A stretch of DNA of 64,000 nucleotides from Candidatus Latescibacterota bacterium (lineage in GTDB: Bacteria; Latescibacterota; UBA2968; GCA-2709665). Location of the stretch: assembly GCA_965208835.1 (NCBI GenBank), contig OZ242358.1, forward strand, positions 2,016,001 to 2,080,000, in the 5' to 3' direction. This document shows positions 50,285 through 64,000 of this stretch, piece after piece. A model generated the notes under the pieces. That model did not search any database. It worked only from the letters and a program-made list of their open reading frames with translations, and was not told the origin of the DNA. Position 1 is the stretch's first letter. Each line of letters opens with the position of its first letter. Position numbers and translations under genes: made by a program.

Positions 50285-50346
50285 TAGTCATTCAGGAGCA
50301 TATCAATCCGTTTCCATCAACATGATAAGACGTATGGAGGATGTCC

Positions 50347-50727
50347 ATGGCAATCGCAGACATTATCGATGAGATCGAGAAGCTTTCCGTTCTGGAACTG
50401 GCCGAGCTTGTCAAGGCGCTCGAAGACAAATTCGGCGTGAGCGCCCAGGCGATGGTCGCCGCGCCCGCGGCCGGCGCCGGCGCAGGTGCGGACGGAGAGG
50501 CCGAGGAAGAAGAGCAGACGGAATTCGACGTGGTGTTGAACGCCATCGGCGACAAGAAGATTCAGGTAATCAAGGTTGTCCGCAGCGTCACAAGTCTGGG
50601 CTTGAAAGAAGCCAAGGAACTCGTCGACGGGGCGCCTCGCAGCGTGAAGGAGGGAGTCTCAAGGGAGGAGGCCGACCAGATCAAGGCTGAACTGGAGGAG
50701 GTTGGAGCCGTGGTTGAGATAAAATAG
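50347..50727 (+). CDS. rplL: 50S ribosomal protein L7/L12
   Basis: EEQTEFDV and [18 protein letters not shown]. Confidence 0.97.
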   Translation: MAIADIIDEIEKLSVLELAELVKALEDKFGVSAQAMVAAPAAGAGAGADGEAEEEEQTEFDVVLNAIGDKKIQVIKVVRSVTSLGLKEAKELVDGAPRSVKEGVSREEADQIKAELEEVGAVVEIK

Positions 50728-50790
50728 CCGGACCGAACTGCATTCCTGCCGTCAATCATTGGTCGATTTCACCGGAGGAGCGTGATCATC

Positions 50791-53700
50791 TTGGCGAAAA
50801 ATGGACGTATAGACAGGAAGTCGTACGGTAAGATCGCTTCAGCCATCGAAATGCCGAATCTTCTGGACATCCAGATCGATTCTTACAACTGGTTCTTGCA
50901 AAAGGATGTACCGCCTGGCGAACGTGGCAAACAGGGCCTCCAGGCGGTTTTCCATAGTATTTTCCCCATCAGCGACGTTCACAGGCTGTTTTCACTCGAG
51001 TTTGTCGATTATTCCATTGGCACGCCCAAATACGACGTGGGTGAATGTCTGGAGCGGGGTACCACTTACGCGGTTCCTCTCCGCGCCACGCTGAGGTTGA
51101 TTTCCCGCGAAAAGCAGGACAACAAGGAGTTTCGGATCAAGGATATCGTGGAGCAGACGGTTTTCCTGGGCGAACTGCCGCTGATGACCGAAGAGGGCAC
51201 GTTCATTGTCAACGGTTCCGAGAGGGTGATCGTAAGCCAGCTTCACAGGTCTCCTGGCGTCTTTTTCGACGAGACCGTTCACCCCAACGGGAAACGGCTC
51301 TATTCCGCGCGGATCATCCCGTACAAGGGCGCGTGGCTGGAGTTCATTCTGGACATAAACGACATCATGTACGTACACATCGACAGGAAGCGGAAGCTTC
51401 CGTTTACCACGTTCCTGCGCGCACTGGGTTTCGGCCGGAATGAAGAGATACTGGGCCTCTTTCACGAGAACACGAAGGCCGGAGTCAACGAGGAACTGGT
51501 CGGCGCGGTGGCGATGGAGGACGTGGTCGACAAGGGAACCGGCGAAGTTATCGTCGAGGCGTACCAGACAGTGACGGAAGAGCATCTGCAGGCGCTGAAG
51601 GATGCACGCGTCAACCGTTTGACCGTACTTGACATGGACGTCGAGAACGATGGAGGCGTGATTGCAAATACCCTGCAGAAGGATCCTTGCGACAACGAAG
51701 AGGAAGCGCTCTCCCGTATCTACAATCTGCTGCGTCCGGGTGATCCGCCGAATCTTGAGACCGCCCGCGGCCTGCTCGAACGCCAGTTCTTCAGCCCCAA
51801 GCGATATCAACTGGGCGAGGTCGGGCGCTACCGCTTGAATCAACGCCTGAATCTCAACATTCCTCTTGAGTTTACCACGCTGTGCATAGAGGATTTTCAC
51901 AGGGTAATTCAATATCTGCTCGTCCTCTTCAAGGGCGAAGGCTATACGGACGATATCGACCACCTGGGCAACCGACGCATCCGGACCGTGGGCGAACTCC
52001 TGTCCTATCACTTCTCAACCGGTCTGGTCAGAATGGCCCGGACGATCAGAGAGCGAATGAGTCTCAGGGACACGGAGCAGATTACGCCACAGGATCTGGT
52101 CAATGCCAGGACGGTATCGACGGTGGTGCAGGCCTTCTTCGGCAGCAGCCAGCTTTCCCAGTTCCTGCAGCAGACTAACCCGCTCGACGAACTGTCCCAC
52201 AAGCGGCGGCTGTCGGCACTGGGGCCCGGCGGTCTCACACGCGACAGGGCCGGGTTCGAGGTTCGCGACGTCCACCATACCCACTACGGGCGTATATGCC
52301 CCATCGAAACGCCTGAAGGTCCCAATATCGGACTCATCGCGAATATTTCCACCTACGCCAAGATCAACGCGCTTGGATTTCTGGAAACTCCCTACCGGGT
52401 TGTAAAAGACGGAAGGGTTACCTCCAGGATCGAATATCTCTCCGCCGACGAGGAAGACAAACACACGATCGCCCAGGCGAACGCATTGCTCGACGCCGAC
52501 GGGCGGTTCCAGGACGCAGCCGTCCAGGCACGGCGGCGAGGCGACTTTCCGCTCGTGGCGCCCTCGGAAGTGGACTATATGGACGTCTCCCCCTGCCAGT
52601 TGGTCAGTACGGCCGCGTCCCTCATTCCGTTTCTGGAACACGACGATGCCAACCGCGCACTGATGGGCTCTAATATGCAACGGCAGGCGGTGCCGCTGCT
52701 CCGGACCGAAGCGCCGTTCGTAGGAACCGGAATGGAACACGCGGTCGCCGTGGATTCCAAGGCGGTAGTAACGGCGAGGAGCCCTGGAACGGTCACCTAT
52801 GTGAGCGCGGACAAGATCGTGGTCAAACGGCGCAAGGGACGGGACGTGGAGATGATCGACCTGTTCGATGAAGATGTCTACCGCTTGATCAAGTTCAAGC
52901 GGTCGAATCAGGATTTCTGTATCAGCCAGAAGCCGCTTGTGCAGGTTGGAGACAGGGTTGAATCAGGCGACCTGCTGGCCGACGGTTGCGCCACGGACCG
53001 CGGCGACCTTGCCCTCGGAGCAAACGTGCTTTGCGCGTTCATGTCGTGGAACGGGTACAACTTCGAAGACGCGATCATCGTGTCCGAGCGACTGCTGAAG
53101 AAGGACATCTTCACTTCGATTTCCATAGAGGAATTCGAGCTTCAGGTGCGGGACACCAAGCGGGGCGTGGAGGAGATAACCCGGGAAATCCCGAATGTCA
53201 GTGAGCAGGCCGTACGCAACCTGGATGAACAGGGTATCGTCAGGGCAGGCGCCGAGGTGACGTCCGGAGACATTCTTGTGGGCAAAGTGACGCCCAAGGG
53301 AGAAACCGAACTCTCGCCCGAAGAACGCCTCCTGCGCGCGATATTCGGCGAGAAGGCCGGAGACGTCAGAGATGCGTCCCTGAAGGCACCTTCCGGAATG
53401 GACGGTGTGGTCATGGACCGGAAGGTTTTTTCACGAAAAGACAGGGAAAAAACCCGGAAGGCGGATAAGGAAAAGACAGAAGAGGTCAAGAAACAGATCC
53501 AGGAAAAAATCAAGTCTATCAAGGACAGCAGGGACGAACAGATGGCGGATGTGCTGCGGGGCAAGAAGCTGAATCTGCTGCGGCATACGGAAGACGGCTC
53601 GGTAGCAGCCCGGTCCGGAAGAGTATTCGACGAGGACTTGGCTGAAAAGCTCGACCTGGACGTCGTACGGCCCGACGAATCCTGGGTCGACGACGCCGCA

Positions 53701-54558
53701 GCCAGCCGGAGAGTCGACCGCATTATCGAGCTGGCCGAGAAGCTGACCCGGGCAGCGGAAGACGAACTGGAGCGGGAACTTGAAAAAATCGCGCGTGGCG
53801 ACGAACTGCCCCCGGGAATCGTACAGCTTGTCAAAGTGTATATCGCACGTAAGCGCAAGCTGATGGTCGGCGACAAGATGGCGGGACGCCACGGCAACAA
53901 GGGGGTCGTTTCGATTATCGTACCGGAGGAGGATATGCCGTACCTTCCCGACGGTACCCCGATCGACATTATCCTTAACCCGCTGGGTGTGCCTTCCCGG
54001 ATGAATCTGGGGCAGATCCTGGAGACCCACCTCGGCTGGGCGGCTCAGGCGCTGGACGTCCATGTCGCCACGCCTGTCTTCGACGGCGCATCCCTTGAGG
54101 ATATCAAGTCTGCGCTGGACCAGGCCAGTCTGCCGGAGTCCGGCAAGACGGTGCTGTACGACGGCAAGACGGGAAAGCCATTCGACAAGGAAGTCATGGT
54201 CGGCTATATATATATGTTGAAACTGTCGCATCTGGTCAGCGACAAGATCCATGCGCGCTCCATCGGACCCTATTCGCTGGTAACCCAACAGCCACTTGGC
54301 GGCAAGGCGCAATTCGGCGGCCAGCGATTCGGAGAGATGGAGGTGTGGGCGCTGGAGGCGTACGGCGCCGCTTATATGCTGCAGGAGATGCTGACGGTCA
54401 AGTCTGATGACGTTGCAGGACGTTCAAAGATCTACGAAGCGATCGTAAAGGGCGAGAATCCACCTGAACCGGGGGTTCCCGAGTCCTTCAACGTGCTGGT
54501 GAAGGAATTGCAGAGCCTCTGTCTGGACGTGGTCCTGGAGAACGGTCAGGGCGGGTAG
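50791..54558 (+). CDS. rpoB: RNA polymerase beta subunit (start TTG 50791 or GTG 50782)
   Basis: [25 protein letters not shown] and GGQRFGEME. Confidence 0.98.
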   Translation: MAKNGRIDRKSYGKIASAIEMPNLLDIQIDSYNWFLQKDVPPGERGKQGLQAVFHSIFPISDVHRLFSLEFVDYSIGTPKYDVGECLERGTTYAVPLRATLRLISREKQDNKEFRIKDIVEQTVFLGELPLMTEEGTFIVNGSERVIVSQLHRSPGVFFDETVHPNGKRLYSARIIPYKGAWLEFILDINDIMYVHIDRKRKLPFTTFLRALGFGRNEEILGLFHENTKAGVNEELVGAVAMEDVVDKGTGEVIVEAYQTVTEEHLQALKDARVNRLTVLDMDVENDGGVIANTLQKDPCDNEEEALSRIYNLLRPGDPPNLETARGLLERQFFSPKRYQLGEVGRYRLNQRLNLNIPLEFTTLCIEDFHRVIQYLLVLFKGEGYTDDIDHLGNRRIRTVGELLSYHFSTGLVRMARTIRERMSLRDTEQITPQDLVNARTVSTVVQAFFGSSQLSQFLQQTNPLDELSHKRRLSALGPGGLTRDRAGFEVRDVHHTHYGRICPIETPEGPNIGLIANISTYAKINALGFLETPYRVVKDGRVTSRIEYLSADEEDKHTIAQANALLDADGRFQDAAVQARRRGDFPLVAPSEVDYMDVSPCQLVSTAASLIPFLEHDDANRALMGSNMQRQAVPLLRTEAPFVGTGMEHAVAVDSKAVVTARSPGTVTYVSADKIVVKRRKGRDVEMIDLFDEDVYRLIKFKRSNQDFCISQKPLVQVGDRVESGDLLADGCATDRGDLALGANVLCAFMSWNGYNFEDAIIVSERLLKKDIFTSISIEEFELQVRDTKRGVEEITREIPNVSEQAVRNLDEQGIVRAGAEVTSGDILVGKVTPKGETELSPEERLLRAIFGEKAGDVRDASLKAPSGMDGVVMDRKVFSRKDREKTRKADKEKTEEVKKQIQEKIKSIKDSRDEQMADVLRGKKLNLLRHTEDGSVAARSGRVFDEDLAEKLDLDVVRPDESWVDDAAASRRVDRIIELAEKLTRAAEDELERELEKIARGDELPPGIVQLVKVYIARKRKLMVGDKMAGRHGNKGVVSIIVPEEDMPYLPDGTPIDIILNPLGVPSRMNLGQILETHLGWAAQALDVHVATPVFDGASLEDIKSALDQASLPESGKTVLYDGKTGKPFDKEVMVGYIYMLKLSHLVSDKIHARSIGPYSLVTQQPLGGKAQFGGQRFGEMEVWALEAYGAAYMLQEMLTVKSDDVAGRSKIYEAIVKGENPPEPGVPESFNVLVKELQSLCLDVVLENGQGG

Positions 54559-54617
54559 GAACTGATAGCGGGGTCATCTTTTCTTTTGATTTCGATCGCA
54601 AAAAGGGGGTAAGGCCC

Positions 54618-58714
<4,097 letters not shown>

Positions 58715-58718
<4 letters not shown>

Positions 58719-58743
58719 CAAGTAAGACACAAAATGTTATAAT
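58715..58743 (+). promoter_or_regulatory. Consensus sigma70 promoter of the str operon
   Basis: TTGACA (overlapping the rpoC stop)-17 nt-TATAAT, with an extended -10 TGn. Confidence 0.8.
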
Positions 58744-58840
58744 GAAAGTCTATGGCCGAATTTGCCCGGCTCCGCCGGGATCTGGCTGTGCGACGGATTC
58801 GGTCGCGTCGGACTTGATGTGAACGACACAGGAGGTTGAA

Positions 58841-59212
58841 TTGCCCACCATTAATCAGTTGGTGCGCAAGGGGAGAAAGCTGAAGGCGAAGCGGTCATCC
58901 GCCCCGGCATTACGGGGATGCCCGCAAAAGCGGGGCGTCTGCACGCGCGTCTATACAACAACCCCGAAAAAACCCAACTCCGCCCTGCGGAAGGTAGCCC
59001 GCGTCCGCCTTACAAACGGGATGGAGGTCACGGCTTACATCCCGGGCGAGGGACACAATCTCATGGAACACTCCGTGGTGCTCATTCGGGGTGGTCGGGT
59101 ACGGGATCTGCCTTCGGTCCGGTACCACATCATCCGCGGTGTTCTGGACACGACCGGTGTCGCCGACCGAAAACAGGGTCGGTCCAAGTACGGTGCCAAA
59201 ACGCCTCAATAG
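58841..59212 (+). CDS. rpsL: 30S ribosomal protein S12
   Basis: [11 protein letters not shown]; TTG start after GGAGG. Confidence 0.98.
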   Translation: MPTINQLVRKGRKLKAKRSSAPALRGCPQKRGVCTRVYTTTPKKPNSALRKVARVRLTNGMEVTAYIPGEGHNLMEHSVVLIRGGRVRDLPSVRYHIIRGVLDTTGVADRKQGRSKYGAKTPQ

Positions 59213-59301
59213 GACTTACGGACGATATGTAGAGGATTTGTATCGGGGGATAACGCTGGCGCAGGTAGCAGACGGTGTGTCCCCCTTGTTTTGAGGGTAT
59301 C

Positions 59302-59769
59302 ATGAGAAAAAGGCGGGCGGAGAAAAGAGCGTTTTCACCCGATCCCAAATACGGCAGCGTTCTCGTGACGCAGTTCGTCAACAGCCTTTTTCGGAAGGGC
59401 AAGAAAAGCATAGGCGAAAAAATCCTGTACCGCGCGCTCGACCTGATTGCCGAACGCACGGAGAAGACAGGGTTGGCGGTATTCGAACAGGCGGTCGAAA
59501 ACGCCAAACCGATCATACAGGTAAAGTCTCGACGTGTGGGTGGAACGACCTACCAGGTTCCGGTCGAAGTGCGGTCGGATGAGCGGCTTTCCCTCTCGAT
59601 CGGCTGGTTGATTACATTCGCTCGAGGTCGTGGCGAGAAAACCATGTCCCAGCGGTTGGCGGGTGAATTGATGGACGCGGCCAACGGCCGGGGTCGGGCA
59701 ATGCAGCGCAGAGAAGAAACTCACCGGATGGCCGAGGCCAATCGGGCGTTCGCACACTATCGGTGGTAA
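59302..59769 (+). CDS. rpsG: 30S ribosomal protein S7
   Basis: [13 protein letters not shown] and [15 protein letters not shown]. Confidence 0.97.
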   Translation: MRKRRAEKRAFSPDPKYGSVLVTQFVNSLFRKGKKSIGEKILYRALDLIAERTEKTGLAVFEQAVENAKPIIQVKSRRVGGTTYQVPVEVRSDERLSLSIGWLITFARGRGEKTMSQRLAGELMDAANGRGRAMQRREETHRMAEANRAFAHYRW

Positions 59770-59773
59770 GGAA

Positions 59774-61843
59774 ATGTCGCGGCGAGAACAACTGGAACGG
59801 ATCCGGAACATTGGCATCATGGCCCATATCGATGCGGGTAAGACCACAACGAGCGAGCGGATTCTGTACTATACGGGACGGCTTCATCGCATGGGCGAAG
59901 TGCACGATGGCGCTGCCACGATGGATTGGATGGACCAGGAGCGCGAGCGGGGCATTACCATCACTTCGGCGGCCACTACCTGTTTCTGGGACGGACATCG
60001 GATCAATATCATCGATACGCCCGGACACGTGGATTTTACGGCCGAGGTTGAGCGGTCACTCAGGGTTCTGGACGGAGTTATCGGGATCTTCTGTGCCGTA
60101 GGCGGAGTGGAACCCCAGACGGAAACGGTGTGGCGTCAGGCCGATAAGTACGGGGTGCCGCGGATTGCCTTCGTCAACAAGATGGACCGCACGGGCGCGG
60201 ATTTCTTCCGGGTACTTGAAATGATGAAGAAGCGCCTGGCGTCGAATTTCGTTCCGGTCCAGATTCCCGTTGGTGCGGGCGAGTTGTTTACCGGATTGAT
60301 CGATCTGGTGAAAATGAAACTGGTTTCCTATCAGGAAGACTCGTTGGGTACGGTTTTTACTGAAAGCGAAATTCCACCGGATCTGCTCGACCGGGCACAG
60401 ACCTACCGCGAGCAGATGCTTGAGGCGGTTTCCGATTTCGACGATTCACTGATGGAGAAATTTCTCGAAGGCGAGCACATCGCCGAAGAAGAGATCAAAC
60501 AGGCGCTTCGCCTGGCTGCCATAAACGTCCATGCCGTGCCGGTCTTCTGCGGATCCGCCTTCAAGAACAAAGGCGTCCAGCGATTGCTCGACGGCGTCCG
60601 GGACTACCTTCCATCGCCGCTGGACGTTCCGCCGGTTAAAGGCACCGATCCGGACACCGGAGCGGACGTAACCCGGGCGTCATCTCACGACGAACCCTTC
60701 TCGGCGCTTGCATTCAAGGTGAAGACCGATCCTTATGTGGGGCATCTGACCTATTTCAGGGTCTATTCGGGCTGTTTGACAACCGGTTCGTACGTGAGGA
60801 ATTCCAACAAGGGGAAGCGCGAGCGAATCGGCCGGGTACTGCAGATGCACGCCAACAAACGCGAAGATATCGACGAAGTCGTATCAGGAGATATTGCGGC
60901 CGCCGTGGGGCTGAAAGCCACAGCAACCGGGGAGACGCTCTGCGACCCTGACGATCCGGTTATTCTGGAATCGATGGACTTCGCGAAACCGGTTGTGTCC
61001 GTTGCCATTGAGCCCAGAACCAAGGCGGACCAGGATCAACTGGGGACCGCGCTCAGGAAGTTGTCCGAAGAGGATCCTACGTTCCACGTTTCCTCCGACG
61101 AAGACACCGGACAGACGATTATTTCGGGCATGGGCGAATTGCATCTCGAAATCATCGTCGACCGCCTGATGCGGGAATTCCGCGTGGCGGCGAACGTGGG
61201 CAAACCCCAGGTGACCTTCAAGGAGGCGATACGTAAGACTGTACAGGTGGAGGGTCGTTTCGTCCGGCAGACGGGCGGCCGGGGGCAGTGGGGGCATGTC
61301 CGGCTGGAGATGGGGCCGGGCGAACCGGGAAGCGGCCTCGTATTTGAAAACAAGATCGTGGGCGGAGCCGTGCCGACCGAATATATCCCCGCGGTCAGGC
61401 AGGGTGTTCAGGAGGCCATGCAGTCGGGCGTATTGGCCGGATATCCAGTGGAAGACGTCAAGGTCACGCTGTACGACGGATCGTACCACGACGTCGATTC
61501 TTCAGAGCTGGCGTTCAAAGTAGCCGCATCCATGGCCTTCAAGGACGGCGCCAGAAAGGCAGATCCGTACCTGATGGAACCCCTGATGGACGTCGAAGTC
61601 GTCGTACCGGAAGAATATATGGGCGATGTGATGGGCGATATGAACGCCCGTCGCGGGCACATCGTGGGTATTGTGAACCGGCCGGATGCCCAGGTGATAA
61701 CGGCAATGGTACCCTTAACTGAAATGTTCGGCTATGCCACGCGGCTGCGTTCCCTGACACAGGGTCGTGCGATCTATTCAATGGAGTTTTCGAGGTTTCA
61801 GGAGCTACCCAGGGCGCTCGCACAAGAACTCACCGAAAACTAG
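59774..61843 (+). CDS. fusA: Elongation factor G
   Basis: [17 protein letters not shown] and GMGELHL. Confidence 0.98.
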   Translation: MSRREQLERIRNIGIMAHIDAGKTTTSERILYYTGRLHRMGEVHDGAATMDWMDQERERGITITSAATTCFWDGHRINIIDTPGHVDFTAEVERSLRVLDGVIGIFCAVGGVEPQTETVWRQADKYGVPRIAFVNKMDRTGADFFRVLEMMKKRLASNFVPVQIPVGAGELFTGLIDLVKMKLVSYQEDSLGTVFTESEIPPDLLDRAQTYREQMLEAVSDFDDSLMEKFLEGEHIAEEEIKQALRLAAINVHAVPVFCGSAFKNKGVQRLLDGVRDYLPSPLDVPPVKGTDPDTGADVTRASSHDEPFSALAFKVKTDPYVGHLTYFRVYSGCLTTGSYVRNSNKGKRERIGRVLQMHANKREDIDEVVSGDIAAAVGLKATATGETLCDPDDPVILESMDFAKPVVSVAIEPRTKADQDQLGTALRKLSEEDPTFHVSSDEDTGQTIISGMGELHLEIIVDRLMREFRVAANVGKPQVTFKEAIRKTVQVEGRFVRQTGGRGQWGHVRLEMGPGEPGSGLVFENKIVGGAVPTEYIPAVRQGVQEAMQSGVLAGYPVEDVKVTLYDGSYHDVDSSELAFKVAASMAFKDGARKADPYLMEPLMDVEVVVPEEYMGDVMGDMNARRGHIVGIVNRPDAQVITAMVPLTEMFGYATRLRSLTQGRAIYSMEFSRFQELPRALAQELTEN

Positions 61844-61937
61844 CGATCCGGAGATACGTTGCTTTTCACACAGCGGGCGACTGCGATTGCAAAACAAATA
61901 GACGTTCGCGACGTCTATTGAACAGGAGGAAGGCGAA

Positions 61938-63134
<1,197 letters not shown>

Positions 63135-63147
63135 GACGGAGGAGGCA

Positions 63148-63456
63148 GTGCCGGCACAGAAGATTCGTATTCGATTGAAGGCATACGACCACTTCGCCCT
63201 CGATCGGTCCGTCGACGAAATCGTGCGGACTGCAAAACGGACCGGGGCGTTGATTTCGGGCCCCATCCCTTTGCCTACCAAGCGTTCGTTGTATACGGTG
63301 CTTCGGGGCCCCAATATCGACAAGAAATCCCGTGAGCAGTTCGAGACCCGGGTCCATAAACGTTTGATCGATATTCACAACTCGACGCCGCAGACGGTAG
63401 ATGCCCTGATGAAATTGGATCTGCCGGCCGGGATCGACATCGAAATCAAGGCTTAG
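63148..63456 (+). CDS. rpsJ: 30S ribosomal protein S10
   Basis: [11 protein letters not shown] and GPIPLPT; GTG after GGAGGAGG. Confidence 0.96.
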   Translation: MPAQKIRIRLKAYDHFALDRSVDEIVRTAKRTGALISGPIPLPTKRSLYTVLRGPNIDKKSREQFETRVHKRLIDIHNSTPQTVDALMKLDLPAGIDIEIKA

Positions 63457-63460
63457 TGCC

Positions 63461-64000
63461 GTGTTGGGATTGATCGGAAAAAAAGTCGGGATGACCCAGG
63501 CTTACGACCAGGACGACAACCTCGTCCCCATTACCGTGGTTCAGGCGGGGCCCTGCCCCGTTGTACAGGTCAAGGACGATGTGTCGGATGGCTATCGCGC
63601 GCTGAAACTCGGCTTCGGCGCCACGTCGGAGCGGCGGTTGACACGTCCGCATCTTGGCGTTCTGAAAAAGTCCGGCGCCGGCCCGCATCGCATCCTGAAG
63701 GAGTTTCGGGTAGCCGAAACCTCGGAGTACGAGGTCGGCCAGGTCATCGATTCCGGCATATTTGTTCCGGGTGAATACGTCTCGGTTACGGGGCGTACCA
63801 AAGGAAAGGGATTTCAGGGCGGGGTCAAGAGGCACCATTTCAAGGGCGGCCCCAAAACCCACGGACAGTCCGACCGGCATCGGGCGCCTGGTTCAATCGG
63901 TCAGAGTTCCGATCCTTCCCGTGTGTTCAAAGGGATGCGGATGGCCGGTCATATGGGTCATCGACAGGAGACCGTGAAAGGGCTGATGGTCGTCCGTGTG
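63461..64000 (+). CDS. rplC: 50S ribosomal protein L3 (partial)
   Basis: Manual translation: GLIGKKVGMTQ, KGKGFQGGVKRH, HRAPGSIG, GMRMAGHMG; runs off the window edge. Confidence 0.95.
   Translation, partial: MLGLIGKKVGMTQAYDQDDNLVPITVVQAGPCPVVQVKDDVSDGYRALKLGFGATSERRLTRPHLGVLKKSGAGPHRILKEFRVAETSEYEVGQVIDSGIFVPGEYVSVTGRTKGKGFQGGVKRHHFKGGPKTHGQSDRHRAPGSIGQSSDPSRVFKGMRMAGHMGHRQETVKGLMVVRV

Overview
GC-rich bacterial chromosome segment. The core genes suggest an FCB-superphylum lineage, possibly Ca. Latescibacterota-like (inference only). The left ~46 kb is accessory or metabolic: a heparinase II/III-like gene cut by the window edge, a DegT aminotransferase, a rhodanese-MauE/DoxX pair, two FG-GAP/ASPIC-UnbV proteins, an NhaC-like transporter, a K+ channel, RidA, an RsbW-like kinase, an enolase-superfamily enzyme, a polyamine-type ABC transporter with duplicated binding proteins, and a ~13-gene MoxR/VWA/Bat operon with a GldAFG-DUF4340-like ABC cassette inside it. 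It also holds adjacent plant-like threonine synthase and cystathionine gamma-synthase genes and two frameshifted genes. The right ~18 kb is the core cluster: tRNA-Tyr/Gly/Thr, rpmG, tRNA-Trp, secE, nusG, rplKAJL, rpoBC, rpsLG, fusA, tuf, rpsJ, partial rplC. Main observations: (1) two families of ~160-210 bp palindromic intergenic elements, three copies each, sharing an AGGCG...CAACGC core, two of them inside core translation operons; (2) inverted heptamer and octamer repeat arrays bracketing rsbW; (3) substitutions at rifampicin (RpoB) and streptomycin (S12) resistance positions; (4) a possible plant-type O-phosphohomoserine branch point with a structured leader; (5) the Bat-Gld hybrid operon. 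No CRISPR array, rRNA or transposase was seen. All family calls come from motif recognition by eye, not database searches.
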